A DNA stretch of 64,000 nt from NCBI GenBank assembly GCA_964016885.1, contig OZ024758.1, positions 21,018,001 through 21,082,000 on the forward strand. The letters run 5' to 3'. The position numbers and the translations under genes are program-made. The notes below the pieces were generated by a model. That model was given only the letters and a program-made list of their open reading frames with translations. It was not told where the DNA came from and did no database searches. This stretch comes from Eledone cirrhosa. Taxonomy: Eukaryota. Shown piece by piece: positions 30,916 to 45,690 of this stretch (the stretch's first letter is position 1; each line of letters opens with the position of its first letter).

Positions 30916-32522
30916 CAAAGAAAGAAGACAATTAGTTCATGACTTGATATCGTTTACGTAACATCATATGGAAACATTGATATTTAAGTATATTAACATA
31001 TGTGGGTAACGCAAAATTTAACAATTTATATTGATCTTTTTTTCTCGGTTGCCCACGTTTTGCTAAAAGCAATACCACATGGTACTGATTTTCCTATTAT
31101 TCAATCATAGCACATTCATATTCAATATTATTTTATCAAATTAAAAATGCATCTCAAAGTTTAACCCGTACGTAATTGAATATATTTGACGAATTTTATG
31201 TTTTGAAATATCAAAGCTCACAATTTAGTCTGAAACTTTGTTAGATATATTCCATTCACTAAGCACATTTCCGTTCTTGTCATAGCATTTAACGTCAAAA
31301 ACCGTCAGCCCTTTGTTCACCTGATCGAATTCTGGCTCATTATGGAATATGATTCGATGTTTTACAAAGCAGTGATGTTCAATCAAAAGCATTCTATTAG
31401 CAAATAATATAATATATATTCCTCTGTGTAACCTTTAGTTATATAATCCTATCAATTTTATCTATCTAATCATACAATATATCTTTACAGGAAACTCCTC
31501 AACAATGATAACACAATCTACTATCTTTGGAATCTCAGATACAACGGATTCATTTCAAAGCTCCAATTTCCCGACAATGCTCTGATATTGTATATCGTAT
31601 TATATAAGAATATTATATTAACAAGTCATTCTCCTAGAATTCTGGTTTTCAGGTTTATGAAATATAATAAGGAAATCAATTTGAAGAATATATTCATTTG
31701 AAATATGTTCATATCATTGCCCTAAGATGCTTTTAAATACACTCAATATCAGTTTATTCAATATAGCATCCATCTTTTTAGATTTATTATTCAATGGATA
31801 TTGTTTTCAGAACGTTACGACATGTGTTGAAAATTGACCACACCATTTAAAATATATTCTGCGGATATTTATCTAAATTCTAAATAAAAGGTTAGCGAAT
31901 GAATGCCCAATAGATTTGTATTGGTGACAGAATTTACAGAATACATCACAACTGTGAGCACCAAATGAATATAAAAGAAGTATAACATCAAGCTCCATCA
32001 TATATACGATATGCCATTAGCAAACGTGGGAGAGTTGGGTTTCTATGTGGAGAGTAATCTCATATTCCTGATGTGGATAAGCATACTAATTTTCTATTTT
32101 AGTAGCATTCACTACGATTCCAAATTCAACTGTTCATAATTCAACTGAATATTTGATATATAGTAAAAATAAATCCTCAAAAACATAAATGTCAATGAGC
32201 TTATGCGATAAAACCTTTTCTAAGGAAGTGATAAAAAATTCCAGCCCCAAGAATATCCTATTCTGAAACATAAAGGCAGAATTGATAAACTCGACAGGTC
32301 TTTAAGAGAAATATAAAACTGATGAGTAATGGTCTAACAGCTTCTTACTGCATCCATTCTGATATATATATATATGGGAAGTAAGTATGTTTTGAAACAG
32401 TGAGCAGGTTTTAAATTAGAAAATAGAATAGCTTTCACCGTATGTTTGACTAAAGGAATTTTAGCCTGAGAATGGGGTTTAGAACCCTCAGATAAATGGA
32501 AAAAGATGAGTATAGACGTACA

Positions 32523-32880
32523 AACATTAAATTTATGGTAAAACCTCATTGGAAGGAAACTACCATTATTGAAGCCTTGAGAAATGTTTATGGAGATACT
32601 AACCGTAAAAAAATAGGAATTTACAAGGAGATAATTCATTTAGAATAATGATGAGGTGGAGTTGAAAATGATAAATGGTCGGACAGGCCACCCACATCGT
32701 TTTGTAAAAAAAATCATCTTTTCTGCCGGAGACATATGATTATGAGGTGAGAATTTAGCTCATCCTCTAAACATCTTGGTTGGTTCAGTTTACACAATTT
32801 TAAGAGATAAAGCTGAGTAAACCTCGACCAACTAGATGCTAAGACTCTTTCGCCCGGATCATCAACAAACAAGAGCAGAA
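32523..32880 (+). mobile_element. Mariner (Hsmar2/irritans-like) transposase N-terminal fragment, duplicated copy
   Basis: NIKFMVKPHWKETTIIEALRNVYGD resembles Hsmar2 NIKFMVKLGWKNGEIIDALRKVYGD. Confidence 0.75.
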
Positions 32881-33175
32881 CATCTTTCTGAAAACAGTTT
32901 CAGAAGATCACTTCATAGGGTTAAATCAGAAATGATTTGCTTACACATTAATCTGTACTGATAACAGATATTTGCTCTACAAGTACAAATATACCCTCGC
33001 AAATATATATATATATATATACACAATCCTTATCGGGCCCTCCTCGGAATCTGTTCTTCGTAAGTATTACTACATAAATATTTCCATTTATCTGAGGGTT
33101 CTAAACCCCATTATCAGGCTAAAATTCCTTTAGTCAAAAATACAGTGAAAGCTATTCTATTGTATATATATATAG

Positions 33176-33209
<34 letters not shown>

Positions 33210-33324
33210 CGTTTGAATATGTGTAATAAGGCCAAAACAATGCAGGTATGGACATAGAAAAAAGAATGCAATAGTAAAAGATATTGTTGAGAATTCGTCT
33301 TTCACCTTGAATTTATTTAAATGT

Positions 33325-33359
33325 CCTTAATTTTCTAGATAATATCTCTTCTTCGGAGG
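33325..33359 (-). ncRNA. Minimal hammerhead candidate (CCGAAGA core)
   Basis: CCT-CCGAAGA-ag AGAT att ATCT a-GAA-AATT-A-AGG. Confidence 0.5.
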
Positions 33360-33510
33360 GAAATAAAGGTCTCAAACCAGCGTCTTAAATCTCTAGCCAA
33401 GCCATGCTGACCGGAAATAGTATAGAGTATCTGTTCTAACTCTAATATCAAAGAATTAAAATTAGGTGGATAAAGAGTAGTCTCCCTTTAAGAGGGGTTT
33501 GTTTAGTGTT

Positions 33511-33574
<64 letters not shown>

Positions 33575-33744
33575 ATAATAATGAATATGAAGACTAAAAT
33601 CCAAAAAGGGGTCGATAAGGCTAAATATATATCAAATATATAAGAACGATACAGCAAATATTTATTAAAATGACAGATTCAAGTTTAAGATCCCATTAAG
33701 GGTGAAAGCAGCGATTATTTGGCAACATTTAATTTGTTATTTTA

Positions 33745-33782
<38 letters not shown>

Positions 33783-34171
33783 GTTTCGTTTCTGAATTTG
33801 TTTAGCAAGATTCTTTATCTGAAAACATGTGTTGAAACCGATATTGTTATACTTTGGGGGGGTCATGTTGCCAATAAGAAACACACCCTCCACTGTTTTC
33901 ACTTCAATTTATTATAATACATTTATAAATTTAGGAATTTACAGATTTCCGGTTGGTTGGTTCCACAACCAGATGATTGTTTATATATTGTCAAAGTTCT
34001 TTCGTCACACATTCTGTGACATCTTAAGTGACTGGGATTCTTTTCTTTGTTTTTGTGCCTCTCCTTTGTTCTGTCCTACGCCATCTTGTTTTTGTGTGTG
34101 TATATATTTGATATACATTTATCCTTATCGGGTCCTTTTGGGATTTTAGTCTTCATATTCATTATTATTAC

Positions 34172-34227
<56 letters not shown>

Positions 34228-34485
34228 CAAACACAAAAACAAGATGGCTTAGGACAGCACAAAGGAGAGGCACAAAAACAAAGAAAAGAATCCCCAGTCA
34301 CTGAAGAGGTCACAGAATGTGTGACGAAAGAATCTTGACAATATATAAACAATCATCTGGTTGTGGAACCATCCAACCAACCGGAAATTTGTAAATTCCT
34401 CAATTTATAAATTTATTATATTAAATTGAAGTGAAAGAAACTGGTGCGTGTGTTTATTATTGGCAACATGATCCTCCCAAAGTAT

Positions 34486-34492
<7 letters not shown>
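33783..34492. mobile_element. Head-to-head pair of Penelope-like pLTR fragments, each with an HHR
   Basis: 33783-34110 (-) and 34225-34492 (+) are reverse complements and match 48318-48580, which adjoins a GIY-YIG remnant. Confidence 0.8.
34297..34339 (+). ncRNA. PLE-type minimal type I hammerhead
   Basis: GTCA-CTGAAGA-g GTCACA gaatg TGTGAC-GAAAG..-TGAC. The other two copies read GAAAGAACTT-TGAC. Confidence 0.7.
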
Positions 34493-34532
<40 letters not shown>

Positions 34533-34654
34533 GGAGGTGAGTTTTACTGTAGTACAATAAAGCAATGCTGATATCGGATAAGTAGCACTCTACAGTATGT
34601 AGGACTGGAGTATAAATAATATAAGATCAAAAGTTGGTTAAAAGAATTCCATGC

Positions 34655-34723
34655 ATTTTATTATGCGCATTTCAAAAACAAATATCATCATCAGATGACA
34701 TTTGCATTTTCGTCAGATAAAAT
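34655..34723 (-). ncRNA. Type I hammerhead ribozyme, canonical core, apparently intact
   Basis: ATTTTAT-CTGACGA-AAATGCAAATGTCATC tgat GATGATATTTGTTTTT-GAA-ATGCGCAT-A-ATAAAAT: 7-bp stem I, long stem II, palindromic stem III. Confidence 0.8.
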
Positions 34724-34816
34724 AGGGATACATGATATGAAAATTAAAAAACACTTGTGAATAGTGAAGTTTTAAATCAACAAATGTTCATGGAACTCTT
34801 TTAACCATCTTTTGAT

Positions 34817-34885
<69 letters not shown>

Positions 34886-35383
34886 CACTAAACAAACCCC
34901 TCTTAAAATATTTGTATACACTCGCTTTTTCTATAAATGTTCTGAATGTGGAATTTTTTAGACGTCCGCCACCACAATATTTCTCAAACGTTCCAATAAC
35001 ATCAATACCCTTATTATTATAATATTTCCTTTCGTTTCGTTATACACCTCACTTTAATCAGCCACTTCATGTTGTACTGCATCTAGTACGAGTGACTGAG
35101 TGATATAAAATATTCAATACAGTTCACGTATAATATGCCAATATTTCAAACAAATTTTCAAAAAAGATATTGATCATTATAATGATAAAAGTCATATCAA
35201 ATATGGAATGATAAAAGTCATATCAAATATGAAGGTCACTCGGTACAACTATATCTACATATGATTTTAAGGCGTCATATGTCATAACCGAATAAGCATG
35301 TAAATGAATACTTATTTCGGTTGCTATGTAACAATGATGTCAATCTTAATTCTTTATTTATCATGAAATATCGTAAGTGCCTC

Positions 35384-35416
<33 letters not shown>

Positions 35417-36059
35417 AGAGAGAGAGAGAGTGTGATGAAGTTTGCTTGAAGCATTGTGGAATAATAAAATTAGTCGTTTTGGAAGCCTCACAAATGCAGA
35501 TGGGTAAATCTCCGGGTAATATAATTAGGTAGTAATGATATAAATAGGTGTATACATATATATGTGTGTCTCATATATATGTATGTATGATTGTGTTTAT
35601 ATACATATATATATATATATATATAAATGTGTGTGCGTGTGTGTGTGTGTGCGTGTGTGTGTGTGTGTGTGTGTATCTATGTATGTGTTTATACATGTAT
35701 ATGTGTGACTATATGTTTATATACATATACATATATGTTTGTACGTAATTGCACCTGCTTCTTCTCAATATATTTAATTTGTTATTTCTCATTCATCTTT
35801 TTATGAAAGACCACTAACCGAAACGTAAAGATTCTTTTCCTTCTAAATCATGCTTTAAACTTATATAGCTTATAATTGTACAGTGTTGTTTCAATGTATT
35901 TTTCTTTCATACGCGTGTAAAATGTATTTTATAAGAACACAATACAAGTATTTCCATACACATTGTACATAGGTGTCCAAACATGTATGAGCCGGAAGTA
36001 CTTTGCAGCAATAAATTGGAATTCAAGTTATTCTAAAAGCGGTCACCCGTAAAGCAACA

Positions 36060-36445
36060 CGTGTCCTGTCAAACCCAGAACAAGAACCAACATTAAATTT
36101 ATGGTAAAACTTCATTGGAAGGAAAATACCATTATTGAAGCCTTGAGAAATGTTTATGGAGATACTAACCGTAAAAAATAGAAATTTACAAGGAGATCAT
36201 TCATTTAGAATAATGAGGGGGTGGAGTTGAAAATGATAAATGATCGGGCAGGCCACTCATCATTTTGTAAAAAAAGTAATCTTTTCTGCCGGAGACATAT
36301 GATTATGAGGAGAGAATTTAGCGCATCCTCAAAACATCTTGGTTGGTTCAGTTTACACAATTTTAAGAGATAAAGCTGAGTAAACCTCGACCAACTAGAT
36401 GCTAAGACTCTTTCGCCCGGATCATCAACAAACAAGAGCAGAACA
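36060..36445 (+). mobile_element. Mariner (Hsmar2-like) transposase fragment, probable source copy
   Basis: TRTNIKFMVKLHWKENTIIEALRNVYGD, which extends further 5' than the 32.5-kb copy. Confidence 0.75.
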
Positions 36446-36562
36446 TTCTTCTGAAAACAGTTTCAGAAGATCACTTCATAGGGTTAATTCAGAAATTATT
36501 TGCTTACGGATTAATCTGTACTAATAACACATATTTGCTCTACAAGGACAAATATACCCTCG

Positions 36563-36654
<92 letters not shown>

Positions 36655-36964
36655 ATCCTTATCGAGCCCTCTTCGGAATCTGCTCTTCGTAAGTATTACT
36701 ACATAAATATTTAGACCGTGCTGAGGTTCAGGATAAGATGAAACATTTGTTCTCAGTATTGTGAACTAACTGTTGTGGAACTATTCAACCAAACTCGTCC
36801 CATTGACTGAGTACTCTACTGCTACGGATATAACCCACCAGTGTTCGACTACTATATATATATATATATATATATTGAGTATATGTTGGTCCTTTTCATC
36901 CGATATCAGATTGGAGCATTCGACGAAGTGCGCAGGCTGGTTTGTTTACTCCGGAGTAACGTAA

Positions 36965-37556
<592 letters not shown>

Positions 37557-38091
37557 TACAGCCTTCATACAAAATTCAGAAATCAATGTTCGTTCTACAA
37601 TATTTCTGCTTCATAATAAACCCAATTTGTAAAACATAGAAATATATTTGGTAGGCAGAGAAATTCCCATAATGATTCAATGGTAATGTTTGCCAAAAAT
37701 TCGCCAATGACTTCTTCCCATGGATAATTTTATCTTATATGGTATTCTAATATAACATTCTATGGACGTAGCACAATTTCAGACGATGTTTATTCTCAAT
37801 TTCTCTGCTCTTTATTTCCAAAGTTTGATGTACAACGCTAGCTTAATCAATAAATTCTACCTGATTTATTTCTTAAGAAGTAGTCATCTTGCCTTCATTG
37901 AAGTAAGAGAAAAACTATTATCGGACATAATCTATACCTTGATAATTTGGTGCCAAATATTGGTGTGTCGCTAGAAACATATCTCACAACTAGTTTGTAT
38001 AGGTAACTCTTCCGGTTCAAGCAATACATCGTTTCCATTACTGAACTACCACGATGCGTACACAGTTGTAACTTAATGTTAGTATTCATTG

Positions 38092-38156
<65 letters not shown>

Positions 38157-38216
38157 ATGTTGATTTAAAACTGCACTATCCACAAGTATTTTTTAACCTT
38201 CATATCATGTCCTCCT

Positions 38217-38317
38217 ATTTTATCTGATGAAAACATAAATGTTATTGCATGATGATATTTGTTTTTGAAATGTGCAGCACGAGCTGAGGATCCGCTAAGG
38301 TGAAACAATTGTTCTTG
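38217..38317 (+). ncRNA. Two adjacent hammerhead motifs
   Basis: First: ATTTTAT-CTGATGA-...-GAAATGTGCA (family of 34655, 3' end lost). Second: CGAG-CTGAGGA-TCC gctaa GGT-GAA-ACAATTGT-T-CTTG (38280-38317). Confidence 0.6.
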
Positions 38318-38413
38318 AAATGGTGAACTTACTGTTGTGTAACCACTTCTACCTAACTTGTCCCATGGAGTGACTGCTCTACCACTACAGATATTACCTT
38401 CCAGTGTTCTACC

Positions 38414-38464
<51 letters not shown>

Positions 38465-38754
38465 GGGTATGTGTGTGAGAGTGTGCATATATATTTTGAT
38501 CTCGTTGCATAGGTTATTTTCTCTTTATCATTGTAAAACTAACCTTAATATTCTACTCAAAGAAGACTCTTTATAGTGTTATATACTTTCACATACCAAT
38601 GTTGCATTAATGCACCAGAATATCTGTATCTAATCAGCTATTAGCATAGATTACTTAGTTTTTATATGACTCTTCGTCGCAACTCATTCCTACAGCTGAG
38701 TGAACTCGAGCTACGTGAAATAAAGAACACAACGCAAAGTATGATTCAAGAATC

Positions 38755-38985
38755 GAATTGTCAGCATCAGTGTCGTGGAGACTGTATAATGGTATGCATG
38801 GGTAACTGCTGGTCATCCACAAACAACTTTGTTCGGGCTTGTGACTCAGAGGGGGAACATTCGAGGTCCAAATCCCATATTCATTCATTGCTACCGGGGT
38901 CTTTCCTTTGTGCCTCAGAGGGGAACGGATTGTGCCTTTCTATGTCCAAATCCCATAAACATTCATGGCCGTCGGATTTCTTTCC
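38755..38985 (+). mobile_element. 3' tail fragments of the CORE-like SINE seen at 61942
   Basis: ggtatgcatggg..actgctggtc.tccacaaa....gaggg.aacatt matches 62160-62260. Confidence 0.6.
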
Positions 38986-39239
38986 TTTATTAAATTACTT
39001 TATTACTTTTTTCATGAATTCAGAATTTACACACCAAAGCACAAAACTCGATATTGTTGTTATACATTTATTTTATTTAGTAAGATATATAGACATATGA
39101 TTTCATATTGTTTATTCCACTTAAGAATTCGTAATAAAAATATCATTATTTCACCAAGTTTATCGTTTAATTACCATATATTTACCTACTGTTTAAATAT
39201 GTTACTATTGCTTATATAACTACATCTAGTTAGGCCAGA

Positions 39240-40530
39240 TATACATATACATACATACATCCACATGTACATATACATACATACATACGTACATACACAT
39301 ATATACACACACATACATATAAATACATACACATACATACATACATACACATACATACATATACATACATATATATACACACACATATATGCATGCATAC
39401 GTACATACATACATACATACATACATACATACATACATACATACATACGTACATACATATATAAATGTATGTCTGTGTGCGTGTTTGTGTATGTGTTTAT
39501 GCCTGTCTCTCTCGGTGTGTTTCTGTCTGTATGTGTGCGTGTGTCTTTATGTGTGTGTGTGTGTATGTGTGTATGTGTATGTATATATGTGTGTGTTTGT
39601 ATGTGTGACTGTGTCTGTAAGTGTGTGTGTTTGTGTGTGTGGCTCTGTCTCTCTGTGTGTCTGCCTGTATATGTGTGTGTTTGTCTGTATGCGTGTGTAA
39701 TTGTGCGTGTGTCTGTTTCTGCGTGTGTGTCTGCCTGTATATGTGTGTATGTATGTATGGGTGTGTCTATATGTATATGTGTGTTTGTATGTATGTCTGT
39801 ATGTGTGTGTATGTGTGTGTGTCTGTGTGTCGGTGTATGTATATATATATATATGTATGTATGTGTGTGACTGTGTCTGTGCGTGTGTGCGGCTGTGTGT
39901 GTCGCTTTGTCTCTATGTGTGTCTGCCTGTATGTGTGTGTCTGTATATGTGTGTGTGTGTCTGTATGCGTGCGTGTTTGTGCGTGTGTCTGTATCTGTGT
40001 GTGTGTCTGCCTGTATATGTGTATGTATGTATGCGTGTGTCTATGTGTATATGTGTGTATGTATGTGTGTCTTTATGCGTGTGTGTATGTGTATGTATAT
40101 ATGTGTATGTATGTATGCGTGTAACTGTGCCTGTGTGTATGTGTGTGTGGCTATGTCTCTGTGTGTGTCTGCCTGTATGTGCGTGTGTGTGTTTGTATTT
40201 ATGCGTGTGTATTTGTGCGTGTGTATTTGTGCGTGTGTCTGTATATGTATGTGTGTCTGCCTGTATATGTGTGTATGTATGTATTCGTGTGTCTGTATAT
40301 ATGGGTGTGTGTGTGTGTGTGTATCTGTCTCTTAATGTGTCTGCCTGTGTGTGTGTCTGTATGCGTGTGTCTGTTGTATATGTGTGTGTATGTGTGTGTT
40401 TCTCTGTCTCTTAATGTGTCTGCCTGTGTGTGTGTCTGTATGCGTGTGTATGTATGTGTATGTGTGTGTATGTGTGTGTGCGTCTCTGTCTCTTAATATG
40501 ACTGCCTGTGAGAGTGAGTGTGAGTGAGTG
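39240..40530. repeat. (ATAC)n followed by a long degenerate (TG)-rich tract
   Basis: Low-complexity sequence. Confidence 0.9.
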
Positions 40531-41167
40531 TAAGTTTATGGGGGCATATCTGTATCAACAACAACCTCAAAACCAATTGAATAAATAATAAAATAATACC
40601 GCAATCATCATAACTGCTGAGAACTTTCAAACAAGAAGTCTTACACTGCAACCACCATGACGCTATATATTATTCTCTGATATAATATCAGGAAAGTTGA
40701 CGAAATTAAATGAATAGCTATACAAATAATGAAATACTAACGCAGTAAATCATTGTGGGACATCAATTTGTGATATCAAACCTAATATCTAGCATTTAAT
40801 TCCAAATAAACATAATAATCTTTGGCTTCTATCAATAGTTTATTTGTTTTTCTCTTAAGGGTTTCATCAATATTGTTCGAGACTGTGGGTTCTTATTAAA
40901 TAGAGACATTTTGTTTTATTGCTATTACAAATATAATAGATATTCTAACTCTCAACCATACCATGAACATGCACACACACACTCATACCCATACCTACCA
41001 TACCTATGCAGAGAGGGAGAGAGAGAGAGAGAAAGTGAAAGAGAGGACATGACAGAGAAAGAGAAAAATAGAGATCAGGAACGAGAGAGAAAGATAAAGC
41101 AAGAGGGAGAGAGAAATCATGAGGATTGTGAACAAATAGGTAGGTATGTGGATAGATAGATAGATAA

Positions 41168-41230
<63 letters not shown>

Positions 41231-41247
41231 TTGATAGATAGATAGAT

Positions 41248-41630
41248 ACCTTTCTATTTATTGGTACGAGGGCGCAAAAGAAGGGGACAAATACAAAGGG
41301 GGAGTTTACACAAAAGAACGAGTAAAAAAAAAACAAATAAATATAAAATTAACAATAAAGTCCTCAATAGGGAGGAGGCGTTTTGGGGGGTCGCACACCC
41401 CCCCGAAAAAGTGTGCAACCCTTCTCCTCGAGAGCATAGAGAGAGGGTGCTTCCTTGTTCTTCCATCTTTTTCACCTACAGACTGATATAGAGAGAAGGC
41501 CCATTCACACGGGCCATTCTCGCCACATTCACCCACCTTTCATAACAGTGGCTGGGGTGGAGCACCTCTATATCCATCCTGATCCTTCTTCCAAAATGAT
41601 ATCGGAAGAAAAGGAGCAGTTGTTGGCCAG
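41248..41630 (-). mobile_element. Tx1/L1-like LINE 3' end within (GATA)n
   Basis: ORF2-type C-terminus FFRYHFGRRIRMDIEVL..ERWVNVARMARVNG, then a 3' UTR ending AATAAA..(TATC)n. Homolog at 56400-56730. Confidence 0.55.
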
Positions 41631-41929
41631 ATAGATAGATAGAGAGAGACAGAGAGAGAGAGAGGTAGGGAGATAGATAAAGAGATATAGATAGAGATAT
41701 AGAGATAGAGATATAGGTAGAGAGGGAGAGAGATACACAGATAGATAGATACACATAGCGATACACAGATAGATAGATAAACAGATAGATAAACAAATAA
41801 ATAGTGAGACATATAAGGATAGATAGGATGAGAAAGAAACTGAGAGATCGGGCGATACTTAGATTCGGATACGTTTGTATTTCAGTATTGATATATATAT
41901 ATATATATATTTAATATTTACATATAAAT

Positions 41930-42490
41930 CATGTGTGTTATACGGTCTTGACTGCGTTAATTGGACGACAAGGTCACTTCAGAAACTCTCTACATTCCAG
42001 AACAACACCTTGAGGCTTATAACTGGCAAGCGGCTCAGCGACTATATCTGTATCAGTGAGCTGCTCAACATTACCAAACTTGGACCAATTACATCAATTA
42101 TCAAGTCAAGAGTACTCAAACTATACGTTAATATAAAAAGATCAACTCTTGTATCAACTCAAGTATGTTATGTCTAGAAGGAAGGTTGTCTGCTAAGAGG
42201 AGCAGAGGCCGACAGCCAAAACAATGGCTTGACAATGTCAACCTATGGACTGGACTTGATCTTTGCTCTTTAAACTCTGCTGTTGGTGATCGAAAGGTAT
42301 TATATATTCCTGGAAGGAAGATTGGCTGGTGGATGCACAGGGTGGCAGCCACAACGATGGCTCGATAATGTCAACCTATGGACTGGGCTTGATTTTTGCT
42401 CTTTAAACGCTGGTGTTGGTGATGGAAATTCGTAGAGAAAAATATCTCATTTTGATGCGTAGTCTACAACTGGCGGAGTTTACCGTTAAA
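41930..42490 (+). mobile_element. RTE-clade LINE 3' fragment
   Basis: VLYGLDCVNWT..FQNNTLRLITG..; CLEGRLSAKRSRGRQPKQWLDNV. Confidence 0.8.
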
Positions 42491-45400
42491 GTATATAATC
42501 TTTGCAATCGTGGTCTATGTTTATATTTAATTTGCATTATCGAATAAATTATGCAAATATAAAAGAGGAGTATAATATGCCTAACAATGTCGATTAGTTT
42601 CATAAAACTATATGTTCTGAGAATACAATACTTCAAACTATATTTCATACGATTTCATACACATGGCCGGAAGTCCGGTCTAAAATCCAATAATTTATAC
42701 ATATTACCTCAAAAGCAAGGCGTAAGCCGACATGCAAATTTTGAAATTGAGTGTTTGCTACCAGGACAAATAACCAGATAAAACAACATATGCTGGAATG
42801 AAGGCTGAAGTAGCAACGTAACTATGAGCAGGGATATATCGCCTCTCATCTAAAGTATATTTCGAATTAATAGTCTTATATGAGACGTTGATAATTACGA
42901 AACTGCAGATTGGCTCAAATGAATAGTTCATTTGTCACATATCAGACAAATCCTTATTGACAAACGAAATTGAGGATCTACAGATCACATGGTTCACACA
43001 ATCATAGTCTTTCCTTTAACACGTAGATCGGGTGGTGTTGTAGTTTCTGAACTTCCACGATTTTGAAGAAAGTACCTCAAAAGATATTTAATGTAATGGA
43101 AAAAGTATGAAATCTCAGGTCTTTCTTAAACGATGAACTTTTCCTTATCAATATTTAGCGGTAGTATCATTATATTTACTGTCTCTGGAATTTACAGAAT
43201 GATTATTTCAATGATTATTTTGTTGTGATACATATTCTCTCTTTGAGCTATCTATGAGGTTAATATTTGTTAATATCTACTTTTAAATTAACCTTTAATA
43301 TCTTGAAAATAGCAAGGATAGTGTCACTACTGATGTTCTGATCACAATCCTAATATTTATAATAATCTCTCAAATCTATCCACATTGGTACAGTTCACAT
43401 TGTGTGAGGTTATTAAATCTTCCTTCAGGTAAATGTTCCTTATCAAAAAGGAATTATGTTTGTGGTCAAATCTAATATGAGTTTGAATCACTCCACCAAG
43501 TTGTGACAAGCTCTGCCTATATTGCCATAGATGTTTGGCAATCCCTGTATCATATTTACTTATTTAACCGACATTGCCGGTACAATTTATGGTTTCAGGT
43601 GCAGGCTAGTCGCGTTATTAAGGGTTAAAATTCAATGAAGTCGAATTATGTGCATTTATAATGCTTTTCTATGGATAACATTGCTGTATATCAATGTGAA
43701 GATTTTATTATTACCGAATTGAATTAATGATAATGGAACATATATCTTTGCCGATTTTATCTGACTTAATTTCTAGGAGCGTTAAATATTCTCCTAATAA
43801 ACCTCTCTTCATTCCTTGGAAAGATGTGTATGTATTATGTGGAAATAACAATTTAATACGATTGAATACTTGGATGTTACTTTCTATTTCTTTGACTTCG
43901 GATTTAAATAATTATGCTTTGCTGTGAGATTAATTTTTTATGCACTAGTCTTATTTTACAATAATATTGAGAATATGTTACTATATTCACAGCCTGAAAT
44001 ATCATACACAAACATTTCTAAAAACATTCGACTAGGGCAATAATGTATTGGATAAGAGTGATAAGCTTCATAAAATTTAAGAATAACTTTTATAACTATT
44101 CTTAAAAATAATCTAACCACATTACAAAATTACAAAATATTTACGTTCAAAGTTGTATACATTCTAAAGGAAATAGATACGTTTCTTTTGGTGTATAAGA
44201 TTCTGTTCTGTTTAATGTATAATTCCAATTCTTACATGTTTAATTTGTGAGTAAGGAAATATCAACATATGTATAGAATTAATTATACTAACTCGCCATT
44301 TAAAATCTACAGGAATTATGTTCTGAGAGCTGAAGGATTTATTTAGAATAACATATGTAAAGTTGTAGAATTTATTCATTGTCGAATTTACATTTTGTTT
44401 CTGGTCTGCCATTACATGTTTTCCTTCTTTTTCCACGTTGAATCATTGAAATCTAATAGTACATGAATTGTGTGCCTTTAAATTTTCATTTTTGATCTTC
44501 CATTTGTTTCATTATTAGCTGTTGCGTGTTATAGAATTCGAATTGTATGCTTATATACATACGAATTGTATGCTTATATTACTTATAATCTGTTTGATCA
44601 TGTGATTTATAATGTCAGTGCAATACTTAATATATGTGTTGCCAGGCAAACAATTCCTACACAAAGTTACAAAACAAAACTTATATGAAAATTTCACTTT
44701 TAACTGATTCCATATTAATACACACTTATCTTTCTCTTTGCTACTATGAGACTGAATAGAATTACTAAGCAACAGGATTGCCTTCGGTAATATACTAAAA
44801 TAAAACTGTCTCTTTCTCCATAAAACCTATATCTCAGTAAGTATTTTATATCATATAATTTCAACTTTTATTTGAAATTATATTTTTATGAAAGAAATTC
44901 TATACAAAATTTTAATTCTATTTGATATACTATCTACTTATTGATGCTTTTCTATACAACCTGCTGTCGCAGAAAATGCTAAACAAAATATTTATTATCA
45001 CTGATTAAGAAATCAATAATAGTTTCTTTCAGCATTTTGTAGTTAATTGCAATAATAAGAATTTGATTCACCTCTGTTCAACACCTTCATTCTGAACGAG
45101 CTTCAGTTCAAACCATATAATATGTATTTATGTATTTATTCATTTATTTATTTAATTATTTATTCATTTATTCAATTTAAACGTCCGTATAGAGCTAGTA
45201 AGCAATGACAGATTCGGGAAGTATCGCGTACTGCTTATAGTCGGTAATCAAAAAAAGCTAGTGAAACAGGTAATAAAACAGAAAAGATTAAAGAAAGGAG
45301 AAACTAAAAAAAGAAAAGAAAAGAAAAGAAAAAAAGAGCATTGGGAAAAAATAGAAAAAATAAAAGTAACTAAAATAATCCGTCCATGTAAGAGCCTCCA

Positions 45401-45514
45401 ACACACAGAACCCACCTCAAACGTTTAGGCCTTTGTTGGGTTAACATAAAATAGAAGTTATATTATAAGCATTACTAACACACCTATTATTTTAAGTGAC
45501 ACAAACGCCATGGT

Positions 45515-45690
45515 TTAGCAGCATCGGTAGAGCGTCAGAGAGCATGCTTTGCAGCATAGAGTTATAGCCCTTTGCGTCCTGAGTTCAAATCCGCCGAGGT
45601 CAACTTCACCTTTCATCCTTACGTCGTCGATAAAATAAAGTACCAATAATACACTGGATAATTGCTGGCCTTGTGCCAAAAGTAGAAACT
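45515..45690 (+). mobile_element. Meta-core tRNA SINE copy
   Basis: gagttcaaatccgccgaggtcaacttcacctttcatcc..; tail ccttgtgccaaaagtagaaac. ctattattttaagtgacac is repeated on both sides as a probable TSD. Confidence 0.8.

Noticed and set aside
35795-35832. HHR-like ATCTT..GAAACGTA-AAGAT
   Set aside because: Core and stem II are too degenerate to call, though it may be an old copy.
43562-43628. ttaacc...gggttaa ends suggesting a piggyBac MITE
   Set aside because: Very short, imperfect and single copy here.
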